Positions 1 through 10,435 are shown, numbered from the stretch's first letter. The stretch is 61,875 nt of DNA from Flavobacteriales bacterium (GCA_036881805.1 JBAJNK010000009.1:1-61875); one strand, 5' to 3'. The notes: generated by a model from the letters alone, not told the origin. Numbers and translations: made by a program.

Positions 1-1
1 A

Positions 2-193
2 GAAAAAGTAGCGCAGTCCGGCGATGGTTGGACCATCAAAACCGCAGATGGAAAAGCGTCGGCCCACTTTGAACACAATGTGGCCATCGCAAATGGGAAG
101 CCCCAAATTTTGTCTAGCTTTCGATATATCCGCGATGCGTTCGGTTTAAAGGATACGACTTACCCGACCGATGCCAAATCCAGAAGCAGATAA
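2..193 (+). CDS. map: methionine aminopeptidase type I, C-terminal fragment (gene runs off the 5' window edge)
   Basis: The frame starting at nt 2 is open from the window edge to TAA at 191-193. The translation ...SGDGWTIKTADGKASAHFEHNVAIANGKPQILS... matches the conserved MetAP-I C-terminus. Confidence 0.6.
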   Translation, partial: EKVAQSGDGWTIKTADGKASAHFEHNVAIANGKPQILSSFRYIRDAFGLKDTTYPTDAKSRSR

Positions 194-427
194 AAATGGT
201 ACGGTAACCCGTTATTTCTCATCGCGTTTGTGCAAGGTGTTTCAAAGTGGATGAAATGACACGGATAGAACGCCTTACAGAAAAGCTGTCGTATAGTATG
301 AAGACAAAGTAATCGGGAGCATCATATCAAAACGCTATCATTGAACAGCTGGATTCAGACGGTACGCACCTATCATCGGTAAGAGATACCAACCCCTGAG
401 CCAGTTTTGAGAAGGTCCGTACTATGT

Positions 428-1207
428 TTAAGCTTTTCCGTCCGGTCTTACTTTCAAAAAATCCGGAGACTGTTCTATGGCGTCCATCACCTTATCTAAA
501 ATGTCGCGCGTGCTCTCGTTTTCACAATCGATCTGAAGTGGCTTTTTAAAGCGCATGGTTTGGGTTACCCCCTTCTTTTTTAGCACGATTCCAGTCTTGC
601 CGTAGGCCCTTCTAAATCCATCGATAACCACAGGCACCACAATGGGTTTTTTGCGCTTGATGATATGGGCTGTGCCCATCCGCCCCGGCGTGAAAGCCTG
701 GGTCGTTCCTTGTGGAAAAGTAATCACCCAACCATCGCTCAAGGCTTTTTCAATATTTTCTGGGTCGTGCCGGTCGATGACGCGTTCTACCGCTTTGCCA
801 GCACTGCGCCAGGAGCGCTTGACGGTAATCGCGCCGGTGTATTTAAAGATTTTGGGCAACAATCCTTTATTCATGGTTTCCTTAGCGGCTACGTAATATA
901 GGTTTAGCTTTGGATTCAAGAGGTAAATCGGATTTTTGATGGTATTGATAAAGCCGTTTTTCACACTGCAAAACACATGATACATCGCAAAGACGTCGGC
1001 AAAGTAGGTCTGGTGGTTGGAAACGATCAACACATGGGTATTCGGCAAGTCGACCAAATGCTCGGTTCCACTGATTTTCAACTCGTTAAATCCGTTGTAT
1101 CGGTTATAGGTAAAGGAACCGAATACAAAAATAATCAACCGCTTAATCCACAGTAGGTTACCAAAAATATCGGTATTGAACCCATATCGTTTATACCGCT
1201 TTTTCAT
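428..1207 (-). CDS. 1-acyl-sn-glycerol-3-phosphate (lysophospholipid) acyltransferase family protein
   Basis: 259-aa ORF. It has the acyltransferase NHQTYFAD (H-x4-D) block and the FPQGT block typical of the PlsC/LPLAT family. Confidence 0.7.
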   Translation of the reverse strand: MKKRYKRYGFNTDIFGNLLWIKRLIIFVFGSFTYNRYNGFNELKISGTEHLVDLPNTHVLIVSNHQTYFADVFAMYHVFCSVKNGFINTIKNPIYLLNPKLNLYYVAAKETMNKGLLPKIFKYTGAITVKRSWRSAGKAVERVIDRHDPENIEKALSDGWVITFPQGTTQAFTPGRMGTAHIIKRKKPIVVPVVIDGFRRAYGKTGIVLKKKGVTQTMRFKKPLQIDCENESTRDILDKVMDAIEQSPDFLKVRPDGKA

Positions 1208-1541
1208 CTGACAGGTTTACAAACGGTCTTAAAGCCATCTAATCTACCACTGCACTAAAAACCGAGCTATGCGCAATATTGTGCTCAAAGCGTTTAAAAT
1301 TCATAAAAATCCCAGCCATGCGTTTCGGATTGCAAATGTCGGAAAATCATGTCGGCTTTTAAATTGGGGACTGGAAAACTCCCCTTGCCTTTGAATCGTT
1401 TTTCTCTTTATGCTTTTAAGGGGCTCCGATACCCTGGACGGCCTTGATGTACGCCTATAGCTGCCATCTGCGCACAAATCTCATTTTTTACCTATGTTTG
1501 CACAACGGTTCGCTGGCCCGAGTACAAAATATGCCCCATTT

Positions 1542-2483
1542 ATGACCTTAACACAGCTGCGCTATGCTTTGAGTGTAGCAAAATACGGTAATTTCACCTT
1601 GGCTGCTAAAGAGATCTTTGTCACACAGCCCACCCTGAGTATGCAAGTAAAAAAGCTCGAGGATGAATTGGGCGTAACCCTATTCGATCGAAATAAGAAA
1701 CCCGTCGTCCCTACGGAAATCGGGACTCAAATCTTGGCACAGGCTCGCGTCATCCTGAATGAATCATCGCGCATACGGGATTTGGTCGATCGGGAAAAGG
1801 GCGTCGCAACTGGTGATTTTACGCTGGGGATTATTCCCACCATAGCGCCCGCTTTGCTTCCGCTGTTCTTACAACCATTCTTAGAAAAATACACCCAAGT
1901 CAATTTACACATAAGAGAATTGCAAACCGATTCGGTAATCCGAAGCCTGAAAGACGGACAAATCGATGCCGGTATCGCCGCTACACCACTGGATCAACCC
2001 GGGCTTGTCGAAAGCCCCCTCTACGTCGAGCCTTTTGTGGGTTACGTTCCGGAAAACCATAGGCTGTCGGGCAAAAAACAGCTCAGCGTGAACGATTTGA
2101 ACATTCGAGACATCCTACTGCTTAAAAGCGGACATTGTTTTAGAAATAATGTGGTTAATCTATGCGATGCGTTGCCTGGCGCACACAAAAGGGCAAACAT
2201 CGACAGCGGTAGCTTTGAAACCATGGTTCGCCTCTCTAACCAAGGCTTTGGTATGACCCTCTTACCCTATTTAACGGCTTCCAAGCTGTGTGGGGAAGAG
2301 AAGCGATATATGAAAAACTTTACCCCACCCGTACCCTCGCGTGAAGTGAGCATGCTCTATAATGAGGCTGCGCTCAAACTGCATACGATTCAGGCCCTGG
2401 CTGAGACGATCGATAACGCCATCAAAACGCTGATCTTTTTGGAAGATGCTCAGGTGATCAGCCCCCTGCAAAAACCGCTGTGA
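1542..2483 (+). CDS. oxyR: LysR-family redox regulator, OxyR-like
   Basis: N-terminal wHTH MTLTQLRYALSVAKYGNFTLAAKEIFVTQPTLSMQVKKLE. The Cys pair context GHCFRNNVVNLC resembles OxyR. I moved the start to ATG 1542 because a TAtgTTTG -7-like box (1493-1500) overlaps the ATG at 1494 used by the ORF track. Confidence 0.7.
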   Translation: MTLTQLRYALSVAKYGNFTLAAKEIFVTQPTLSMQVKKLEDELGVTLFDRNKKPVVPTEIGTQILAQARVILNESSRIRDLVDREKGVATGDFTLGIIPTIAPALLPLFLQPFLEKYTQVNLHIRELQTDSVIRSLKDGQIDAGIAATPLDQPGLVESPLYVEPFVGYVPENHRLSGKKQLSVNDLNIRDILLLKSGHCFRNNVVNLCDALPGAHKRANIDSGSFETMVRLSNQGFGMTLLPYLTASKLCGEEKRYMKNFTPPVPSREVSMLYNEAALKLHTIQALAETIDNAIKTLIFLEDAQVISPLQKPL

Positions 2484-2554
2484 TCTGCAGGGCGAGAATA
2501 CGGCGATGGCCACTACGAGCAAGCCTATCCATGAGCAAGTGCCGCCCTTTCACT

Positions 2555-2900
2555 ACACACGGACGGACACAAAAGAGATAGCGCTCGCTTTTCAAACCGA
2601 CCCAGTTCGACTGTATAGTAAAAGCCGGCGCAGCTTATACAGGTATAGAAAACGAGATTACCCTTTTTCAAACCCTTATAAAAGAACAGAAAAATAAGCC
2701 TCCTTTTCAAGCCCCTACAAAAGGACAAAAGCAAAAAAATACCGCTGTTTAAGCTGCTAAAAACGGATGAATACAAAAAAGCAATCCCCTATTTTCAAAC
2801 GCTCACAAAAGGAGAAACACAGAAAAATAGTATCCGCTTTTGTACCCCTACAGCATAAAGCCAAAAAGACGAGACCGGCTTTTCAGTCCGATGTTTTTAT
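2555..2900 (-). repeat. array A of the ~44-bp TTTGAAAAG/GGGCTT/ATTTTTT intergenic repeat family (units read on the minus strand)
   Basis: The plus strand shows reverse-complement units such as aaaaataagcctccttttcaagcc, aaaaaagcaatcccctattttcaaacgc and aaaaagacgagaccggcttttcagtcc. A long-module copy lies at about 2600-2660. The array sits between convergent oxyR and cca. Confidence 0.75.
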
Positions 2901-2924
2901 CCCCGAGTTCGAGTGGGTTGTTGT

Positions 2925-4361
2925 TTAATGAAACCGCACAACTGGCTTTAACCCCATATCCGCACCTTTTTTAAGCATAAAGTCGTAGGCGGCTCGGTAC
3001 TCGTTGGGTATCTCGCCTTCCAGGATAGCCTCTCGGATAGCGGTTTTTATGATTCCGATTTCACGTCCGGGATGGAGGTTAAAAGCGCTCATAATCGCCT
3101 TTCCATCTATGGGCGGCTGCCAATTGCGGATGTGGTCGCGTCTTTCCACCGCTTTAAGGCGTTGGCGTACCCGCTCAAAATTGCTTTTGTACTGCTCGTA
3201 GCGCTTTTTATTTTTCGTGGTGATATCGGCATCGCAGAGCATCATCAGGTCTTCGATGTCCGAATCGGCATCGAAGAGCAAGCGGCGAATGGCGGAGTCC
3301 GTGGCTTTGTCGTCCACCAGGGCGATCGGTCGTGAACTCAGGGTGACGAGCTTTCTGACGTACTTTACGGGTTTGCCAAGCGGTAGTTTTAGACGCCGAA
3401 ATATTTTTGAGACCATTTTACCACCGATATATTCGTGTCCGTGAAACGTCCAGCCGATTTTTTTATCGAATTTTTTGGTGGGTGCCTTGCCGATATCGTG
3501 CAGCAAAGCAGCCCAGCGCAGCCAGAGATCAACCGTGTTTGGACTGATGTTATCCACCACTTCTAAGGTGTGGTAGAAATTATCCTTGTGCGTTTGTCCA
3601 TCCCTTTCATCTATGCCTTTGAGCGCTTGCAATTCGGGGAGTATATAGGGCAGTAAGCCGCTTTTTTCCAACAGCAATAGGCCGTGTGAAGGTTTTTCAC
3701 TCAGCATGATTTGGTTGAATTCGTCTGCGATTCGCTCCATTGAGACGATCGCGATGCGCGCTTTATTTTTGCTGAGGGCTTGGAAGGATTCTCGCTCGAT
3801 GGAAAACCCGAGTTGAGCGGCCAAGCGAATGGCGCGCAGCATGCGCAGTGGGTCATCTGAATAGGTGATATCGGGGTCCAGCGGCGTGCGGATCAGCCGC
3901 TTTTTTAAATCCCCCAGCCCGTTAAACGGATCGACTAACAGGCCGTGATTTGCTCGGTGTAAGCCGATGGCCAGTGTATTGATGGTGAAATCCCGGCGGT
4001 TTTGATCGACTCGCAAATTGCCCGCTTCCACGATGGGCTTGCGGCTGTTGGGGCGGTAGGATTCCCTTCGCGCCCCGACGAATTCGATTTTTAGATCCCC
4101 AAATTTGAGCATGGCTGTGCCAAAGTTTTTGAAGACCGATACACCGATCTTTCCCGGTAACAACTGCGCTGTTTTTTCCGCCAGTTCGATCCCACTGCCG
4201 ATACAGACGATATCGATATCGCTTTTCTGGTCGCGATCTAATAAGAAGTCCCTGACGAATCCGCCGACCACATAAGTTTCGAGTTGTAGTGCTTCGGCAG
4301 CTCGAGAGAGGGTTTTAAAGATGGGCGCATCTATGGCTTCGGATAACTGTATGGATGGCAT
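2925..4361 (-). CDS. cca: CCA-adding tRNA nucleotidyltransferase / poly(A) polymerase family protein with HD domain
   Basis: 478 aa. Motifs seen: GGFVRDFLL...DIDIV nucleotidyltransferase head, RRDFTINTLA, and a C-terminal HD motif LLHDIGK. Confidence 0.75.
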   Translation of the reverse strand: MPSIQLSEAIDAPIFKTLSRAAEALQLETYVVGGFVRDFLLDRDQKSDIDIVCIGSGIELAEKTAQLLPGKIGVSVFKNFGTAMLKFGDLKIEFVGARRESYRPNSRKPIVEAGNLRVDQNRRDFTINTLAIGLHRANHGLLVDPFNGLGDLKKRLIRTPLDPDITYSDDPLRMLRAIRLAAQLGFSIERESFQALSKNKARIAIVSMERIADEFNQIMLSEKPSHGLLLLEKSGLLPYILPELQALKGIDERDGQTHKDNFYHTLEVVDNISPNTVDLWLRWAALLHDIGKAPTKKFDKKIGWTFHGHEYIGGKMVSKIFRRLKLPLGKPVKYVRKLVTLSSRPIALVDDKATDSAIRRLLFDADSDIEDLMMLCDADITTKNKKRYEQYKSNFERVRQRLKAVERRDHIRNWQPPIDGKAIMSAFNLHPGREIGIIKTAIREAILEGEIPNEYRAAYDFMLKKGADMGLKPVVRFH

Positions 4362-4362
4362 A

Positions 4363-4956
4363 TCACTTTCTCAGGATTTTGAATCGCCCGTCTCTGCCCA
4401 ATTTGATGACGACAGAACCGGCAAACCGGGCTTTTTTTTCTCGTCGCAAAGGTACGCTATAGTCCACCGCTTCCAAAATGCCTGTGTCGATTTCGCCAAA
4501 GCGCATGGGGGATGGCAAGCCACTGCGGTTGGCCGAAGTGGATACCAACGGCCGGTTGAATCGGTGAATCAATTTCCCAAGCCATTTGTCATGCGTCAGT
4601 CGAATGCCGAGGGAACCATCTGCTGCCAGTAGGTTGGGTGCTACATTTTCCGCTTTCTCATAGACGAGCGTTAAGGGCTTTTGGGCGGAACGCATCAGGC
4701 TCCAAGCGCGATCTGGAATTTCGGGTACCAGTCGCATCAAACGGCGTTCACTTTCCACCAGTACGATCAGGGACTTGCCTTGGGGTCGTTTCTTGATGGC
4801 ATAGACCTTTTCTACCGCCCTTTCGGCTGTCGCATCGCAGCCCAGGCCCCAAATCGTGTCGGTGGGGTAGAGGATGACACCGCCGCGCTTCAGTGTGGAA
4901 ACAGCTCGATCCACGATTTTACCCCCAGTCACCGCAGGCCTCGTCTTAAGAGCCAA
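4363..4956 (-). CDS. tsaC: L-threonylcarbamoyladenylate synthase (Sua5/YciO/YrdC family)
   Basis: 197 aa. It has GGVILYPTDTIWGLGCDA and STSANRSG blocks typical of the YrdC fold. Confidence 0.8.
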   Translation of the reverse strand: MALKTRPAVTGGKIVDRAVSTLKRGGVILYPTDTIWGLGCDATAERAVEKVYAIKKRPQGKSLIVLVESERRLMRLVPEIPDRAWSLMRSAQKPLTLVYEKAENVAPNLLAADGSLGIRLTHDKWLGKLIHRFNRPLVSTSANRSGLPSPMRFGEIDTGILEAVDYSVPLRREKKARFAGSVVIKLGRDGRFKILRK

Positions 4957-5708
4957 TATTTCACATAGCGCGTAAAGACGCCATAGGCTAGTACTGTGGC
5001 GAGAATAAATCCTTGGATTCCATCCAGAAAGCCCAAACGGATGATGTAATGGTGAAAAAAACGAAAGGCTGGCTTTACGATAAAGTGAAAGAGGTTGAGC
5101 GGTTTATTCTTTTCTTTTAATTCTTTCGCCTGTAGCCATTTGTAGTGTCCCGTCTTCTCGGTGTAGTGGTCAAATGACCTGTAGCTATAGTTCTCCATTT
5201 TATTTTTTAAAAAGCCCACCGGGCCATCTATATGCATTTTTTCGTGTACCAAACCGGTGTAATGGGCTTTATCGCGCTGAAACAAGCAGATCTTTTTATA
5301 CGTTTGCCAGCCGCTGTACTTAATTCTTCGACCCATAAAGTGGTATGTGGAATATATCCAGTAACCTGCTTTCACATACGGTGCTTGTAGTGTAGTTTGT
5401 ATCTCTCGTCGCAAGTCCGGTGTGACTTCCTCATCTGCATCTACGATCAAAACCCAGGCGTGAGATGCTTGTCGGATGGCGAAATTTTTTTGCGCCGAGA
5501 AATTGTCGAATTTCCGCTTGATTATCCGTGCCCCCTGTCTTTTCGCTATGGCGGCGGTTTGATCGGTGCTTTCCGAGTCGATTAGTATGACTTCATCCGC
5601 AAAACGAACGGATTGCAAAGCGCGCTCGATTACAGCGGCTTCATTGAGCGCAGGTATAATAGCGGTTAGTGGCATAAGCGTATTAAAAGTCATAAATTTG
5701 CCATGCAA
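4929..5708 (-). CDS. family 2 glycosyltransferase (LPS-core type)
   Basis: 259 aa. GT2 motifs seen: IIPALNEA...IDSESTDQT...VDADE (DxD). Confidence 0.7.
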   Translation of the reverse strand: MHGKFMTFNTLMPLTAIIPALNEAAVIERALQSVRFADEVILIDSESTDQTAAIAKRQGARIIKRKFDNFSAQKNFAIRQASHAWVLIVDADEEVTPDLRREIQTTLQAPYVKAGYWIYSTYHFMGRRIKYSGWQTYKKICLFQRDKAHYTGLVHEKMHIDGPVGFLKNKMENYSYRSFDHYTEKTGHYKWLQAKELKEKNKPLNLFHFIVKPAFRFFHHYIIRLGFLDGIQGFILATVLAYGVFTRYVKYWLLRRGLR

Positions 5709-5728
5709 TATAGTATAAAACGAAACGT

Positions 5729-6553
5729 ATGGCGCTGAAACTATCTGTTATTATCAGCACGTATAATACGCCGGAGTGGCTGGAGAAGGTTTTGTACGCT
5801 TATGAAAATCAGCGCTTCAAGTCCTTTGAGTTATTGATAGCAGACGATGGTTCTGACGCGGAAACCGGGTTGTTAATCGACGATTTTAAGAAGCGGGGCA
5901 AGCTTACCTTAGTACGTGTATGGCAAACCGATAAGGGATTCCGAAAATCTGAGATACTGAATAAGGCTATTGTAAAGACGCAATCCGATTACCTCGTCTT
6001 TTCAGATGGAGACTGCATTCCCAGATCTGATTTTCTAATGGTTCACTACGAGAAGCGCAGAAGAAATCACTTCGTGTCAGGCGGTTATTTTAAGCTGCCC
6101 TTGCGCCTATCGAAATCCATTTCAAAAGCCGATATTGAAGCGCAGCGCTGCTTTGATTTGGCATGGTTGAAACAAAGGGGGGTAAAAAACAGCTTTAAAA
6201 ATAATAAATTGAGTAAAAACCGTCGGTGGACTCGCTTTTTAGATCGGGTAACCCCGACGGAGGCAACTTGGAACGGTCACAACGCCAGCGGCTGGAGATC
6301 CGATATTGTGGCGGCCAATGGATTTGATCAGCGAATGCGCTATGGCGGCCAAGACAGGGAGCTCGGAGAGCGGATGATGAATGGGGGCATAAAAGCGATT
6401 CAGGCCCGGTATTCGGCTATATGTGTACACTTGGATCACGTTAGGCCCTATGTCGATGAAACCGATCTCAGAAACAATATGAAGATCAGACGGAAAGTCA
6501 AAGCCGCGAGAAAGACCTTTACCCCTTATGGCATTGAAAAGCGCGGCTTATAG
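5729..6553 (+). CDS. family 2 glycosyltransferase
   Basis: 274 aa. Motifs seen: SVIISTYNTPEWLEKVL, LIADDGSD, SDGDCIP. Confidence 0.7.
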   Translation: MALKLSVIISTYNTPEWLEKVLYAYENQRFKSFELLIADDGSDAETGLLIDDFKKRGKLTLVRVWQTDKGFRKSEILNKAIVKTQSDYLVFSDGDCIPRSDFLMVHYEKRRRNHFVSGGYFKLPLRLSKSISKADIEAQRCFDLAWLKQRGVKNSFKNNKLSKNRRWTRFLDRVTPTEATWNGHNASGWRSDIVAANGFDQRMRYGGQDRELGERMMNGGIKAIQARYSAICVHLDHVRPYVDETDLRNNMKIRRKVKAARKTFTPYGIEKRGL

Positions 6554-6642
6554 GTAAGGGATGTAGGGTATTCGCCGATCGGTGTTTTGCTCGACAATTT
6601 CCGTTGTAAAATGGCTTTTCCTTTGCAAGGCTGTCATCTCAT

Positions 6643-6673
6643 TTTGCAATTGAATCGGTTCCCGATATATTTG
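6643..6673 (+). promoter_or_regulatory. Bacteroidota sigma-A type promoter for ruvX-def
   Basis: TTTG (6643-6646), a 19-nt spacer, then TAtaTTTG (6666-6673). This matches the -33 TTTG / -7 TAnnTTTG consensus. The ATG lies at 6682, so the mRNA would be nearly leaderless. Confidence 0.5.
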
Positions 6674-6681
6674 CAGGCAGT

Positions 6682-7095
6682 ATGCCGCGGGTTATCGGGA
6701 TAGACTTTGGTATAAAACGAGTGGGCTTAGCCGTTACAGATCCCATGCAGCTTATCGCTTCGGGATTGACAAGCGTTTCTGCCGCCGCGATTTTTTCATA
6801 CTTGGCGTCCTATCTCAAGTCTGAATCGGTGGACTGTTTTGTGGTGGGTTTGCCGCGACGGATGAGTTACGAGTGCTCTGAAAGCGAGCCGTATATTTTG
6901 AAATTTATTGAAAACTTGAAAGCGCATTTTCCCGGCATTCCCGTACGGCGGGTCGATGAGCGCTTTACATCTAAAATCGCTGTGCAGAGCATGATAGCGG
7001 GCGGACTCAAGAAAAAAAAGCGCCGCGACAAGGCCCGGGTCGATGAGATCAGCGCCACCTTGATTTTGCAGAGCTATTTGGAACGAAAAAAGTAG
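6682..7095 (+). CDS. ruvX: Holliday-junction-resolvase-like pre-16S rRNA nuclease YqgF/RuvX
   Basis: 137 aa. The N-terminus VIGIDFGIKRVGLAVTD and the DERFTS block are typical of YqgF. Confidence 0.85.
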   Translation: MPRVIGIDFGIKRVGLAVTDPMQLIASGLTSVSAAAIFSYLASYLKSESVDCFVVGLPRRMSYECSESEPYILKFIENLKAHFPGIPVRRVDERFTSKIAVQSMIAGGLKKKKRRDKARVDEISATLILQSYLERKK

Positions 7096-7097
7096 AG

Positions 7098-7673
7098 ATG
7101 ATACGACCCATCATAGCCTATGGAGACCCGATTTTAAGGCAGAAATCCGCCCGAGTGCCTGCGGATTACCCAGACTTGAAAAACCTAATCGCCGATATGT
7201 TTGAGACCATGTATCACGCATCTGGTGTGGGCTTGGCGGCTCCGCAAATCGGGAAGCCCATGCGCTTGTTCATCGTCGATTTGACACCCTTTGCTACAGA
7301 TGAGGCAAACGCCCATATGAAAGGCTTTAAAAGGATTTTTATCAATGCCGAAAAAATTGAGGAAAGCGGTGAAGGGTGGCAGTTTAACGAGGGCTGCCTC
7401 AGCTTACCCACCATTCGCGAAGATGTCGTGAGACCGGCCTCGATAACGCTCGCATACGATGATGGGGATTTCAACCGAAAGCGCGAGACTTTTGACGGTC
7501 TGATCGCCCGCGTGTTACAACACGAGTACGACCATACCGAGGGTATTCTGTTTACGGACAAATTATCGCCTTTGAAAAAACGCTTGCTAAAGGGTAAATT
7601 GAACGACATCGCTAGGGGAAGCGTAGATGTAAACTATCCCATGCGATTTCCGCTCGGTGGAAAGGCCAGATGA
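7098..7673 (+). CDS. def: peptide deformylase
   Basis: The three deformylase motifs GVGLAAPQIG, EGCLSLP and HEYDHTEG are present. Confidence 0.9.
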   Translation: MIRPIIAYGDPILRQKSARVPADYPDLKNLIADMFETMYHASGVGLAAPQIGKPMRLFIVDLTPFATDEANAHMKGFKRIFINAEKIEESGEGWQFNEGCLSLPTIREDVVRPASITLAYDDGDFNRKRETFDGLIARVLQHEYDHTEGILFTDKLSPLKKRLLKGKLNDIARGSVDVNYPMRFPLGGKAR

Positions 7674-8305
7674 CGATCTAGATTTTATCGGTTCTATTAA
7701 ACCCTTGGGGTGGTGATGTATACGCTCGATGCAGTGATTCTGCTTTTGGAACCCTTTCAGAAAGTCTGTGAAAAATGCACTTCCCATATTAAATTTGTAG
7801 GGTATTATATCTCGCGAACTGTGGGTGCGTGCATTGGAGGTAAAATAATGGCAGTTTTGGCAAGCATGATGTATTTTTTAATCTGTTCAACCTGAGGATT
7901 GTGAAAAACACCTTACAGCTTATGCGATGGCAGCAGTGGGGGTGAGAGCGCAGTTTGGAATGCCTTTTAACATGGCAATCGCCTTCTTTCAACCTGTTGG
8001 GGATTTTTCGTCTGGCGTATAAGGCGAGAGGCGATGCGGTGGTCATCGCTTCGGCTTCTTGCGCCGAATGGGTCGAGCCCTTTGCCGATTATTGGCAGGT
8101 GAATTTTATCGGTACCGAGCTCCAATACAGGTCGGGCGTCTTTACCGGAAGCATTCAGGGCAAAAATTGCTGCGGCGCAGAAAAGCTCAAACGGCTTGGT
8201 GAAAGCTACGACTTTGAAGAGTTTTACAAGAAGATCGCTTTTGGTAACGGCCGGGGTGATCGAGCCTTGGCCGCTTGGGCAGATGGGTTTACTCGGGTGA
8301 TATAA
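7670..8305 (+). pseudogene. HAD-IB family hydrolase, degraded (several frame breaks and lost catalytic motifs)
   Basis: ATG at 7670 overlaps the def stop and is followed by TAG after 3 codons. DFIGSI replaces the DxDGT motif. The middle part is in a second frame (ORF 7710-7895). The C-terminal 116 aa (7955-8305) reads GDAVVIASAS...GKNCCGAEK...GNGRGD, which is HAD-IB-like, with GDSxGD degenerated to GNGRGD. Confidence 0.45.
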
Positions 8306-9758
8306 CCTTGTAAATCCAGTAGGCCTTCGGGATATGTGTAAGCGGTTTAAAAGTGTTTTCGCTTAGTTTGAACTTCCCCAGAAAGCCTTTCCTTACGACT
8401 AAGTAATCAAAATGGTTTTGGATGCAGAATTGGGTTATATAGCGCTTGCGGTAGGTTTCTGTCATTTTGTGCTTCAATACCATTTCGGTATTCATAATTA
8501 CAGCATTTTGATCGGCAGCGATGTCGTAATCTGTAAAGTTGGGATTAAAGACGATTGAGGGGGCGGCTAGGACCTTACTGTGCTTAGGTATGATTTGGTT
8601 TACCGTTTTATAGGCACGGTATATATCGGTGTTCTTTTTGAAGATAAATAAACCGCATTGGTGCATGGCAATGGAGAAGCTGCAACCCAAGACCAAGATG
8701 GCGATTGGCTGGGCGTAGCCTTTTCTGGAAAGCGCTATTGAAATCACATAAGTGATTAAAACAATGGCGTACGGATATGGATAGATGTTGTAGAAGGGTA
8801 TGGTGCCACTTACTGAAAAGAAATAAAGCATGAGGATTAACAGGACTAAGTAACGAATCTCGGCTTTTAAAACTGTAATCTTATTTCTAAGTAGAAAGAA
8901 CAGGGATAAAACAAGAGGGATGCTGTAGGCGAGTTCGTTAATGCCTCTAAAAAATAAATTGTTCAGCTTGCGCCATGAGATGAGAATGTTCCGCTCGTTA
9001 TGTAAGAGCACAGCGCGACTCGTTCTGAGCTGTTCCCACCAGATGAGATAGCCGTGGTCATATGCCACATCGGCAAAATACAAGAGACAGATCGAAGCGC
9101 CTAGGCCAAAGAGGAGGACAGTTCTAAAATTCTTATGGTATAAAGCGATGTAGGCTATGCCGCTTAGTATGAAAACCAAACCGTTTAGGTTGAGCAAAGT
9201 TGCTATACCGGCAAAGAGTCCAGCGAGAAAGAGAGACTTTCTTCCGCTGTTGTACGACAAATACCGGAATGATAGATAACCGAAAAGCGTTACGACCAGC
9301 TCCGGCCTATACATAAAAGACAACCGGATTAGATTGGGTAATACCAGAAGGTAAAACAATAGGATTAACCTGGAAATATTTTTGTTTGGCAGCCGGTTTC
9401 TGTAGTCGTACAGGACGATAAGTATTAAAGCGACATAAGCAGCTAGGCTTATGGATTTTAAGAGATAGGGGTTGAATTGGCCACTCAGGTAGATCAGCAA
9501 ACCACCCAACCAGATAAGCAATTTGTGATAACTGTAAACAGCTGTGTTATCCATTCCCAGTGACTGGTAATAGAGATGAAAGAGCTTTGTCCTGACTACG
9601 CCATGCTCGGCAAAGGAATGAGCGTATTCGCCCAGCCATCCATCGTCTATAAAAATGGACCGGTGGTACAAGCTGCATAAAAAGAGAAGGGCCAGCAGGG
9701 AAATCAGGATTTTTAAAGCGGTTTTGCCGCTTGTGGTAGGGCGTTTTGGTTTTTTCAT
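8289..9758 (-). CDS. polytopic membrane glycosyltransferase, ArnT/PMT (GT39/GT83)-like
   Basis: 489 aa with at least 10 hydrophobic segments and an N-terminal loop DDGWLGEYAHSF. The assignment rests on overall architecture only. Confidence 0.5.
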   Translation of the reverse strand: MKKPKRPTTSGKTALKILISLLALLFLCSLYHRSIFIDDGWLGEYAHSFAEHGVVRTKLFHLYYQSLGMDNTAVYSYHKLLIWLGGLLIYLSGQFNPYLLKSISLAAYVALILIVLYDYRNRLPNKNISRLILLFYLLVLPNLIRLSFMYRPELVVTLFGYLSFRYLSYNSGRKSLFLAGLFAGIATLLNLNGLVFILSGIAYIALYHKNFRTVLLFGLGASICLLYFADVAYDHGYLIWWEQLRTSRAVLLHNERNILISWRKLNNLFFRGINELAYSIPLVLSLFFLLRNKITVLKAEIRYLVLLILMLYFFSVSGTIPFYNIYPYPYAIVLITYVISIALSRKGYAQPIAILVLGCSFSIAMHQCGLFIFKKNTDIYRAYKTVNQIIPKHSKVLAAPSIVFNPNFTDYDIAADQNAVIMNTEMVLKHKMTETYRKRYITQFCIQNHFDYLVVRKGFLGKFKLSENTFKPLTHIPKAYWIYKVISPE

Positions 9759-9828
9759 GATGCAGCTGATTTGGCGGGGAGGAATGCAAATGGATACGAT
9801 GTTTTAAATGATTGCGCTAGGGTGTCCA

Positions 9829-10435
9829 TTAATCCGAATCTCGGTCGTTTAATTTTGAGTTTTTAAATATGTAATCGTAGAATTGACCAAAGCCATGTCG
9901 AATCTTTTTTACTAAAAGAAATGAATTGTCGTTCATTAGCGCTTTTAAGTCATCTAATTTGTACTTGTTTTTGTACATATCATCATCGTGTATTTCTACC
10001 TGAGTGTAATTTACTTCAAAATCTCTGCTTCTGTTACTCCAAAGTCCTCTTTAATCTATCGCTTAAGGATTTATTGGGCTCAAAGCAATAAATAGCGCAT
10101 TCCTTATTCAAGCGTTTGAAGAGTTTTATCGATTGTCCTCGGTTTGCTCCGACGTCGATTGCGGTTGTTGGAAAAAACCGTTTTGCTCGTACCATTTGAT
10201 AAGTTCTGTTAAAGATCAGCGACTCATTTATCTCTACGATATTGGAGACGAAGTACCTCCAAATCCCAATAAATTTCATATCTCTCAATCCCGCTTCTAT
10301 CTCACGGCGGCAAATTACTAAATATTCCTTTTTCCCAAAGCACTTGCACGAGTCCTGCGATCGAGTTTGTCGTTTCTCTTTTTTAGCTCGATTCCTCGCA
10401 TTCTCAAAGGGAAGGCTACTCGGCCCATGCCTGGC
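9829..10435 (-). pseudogene. FkbM-family methyltransferase remnant with an internal deletion and frame break
   Basis: The N-terminal part (to the stop at 10034) carries AIDVGANRGQSI...CFEPN. The C-terminal part is in another frame (about 10030-9829) and reads FEVNYTQVEIHDDDMY...LKALMNDNSFLLVKK. The central KIDVEG-type block is absent and there is no ATG at the head of the open frame. Confidence 0.5.
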
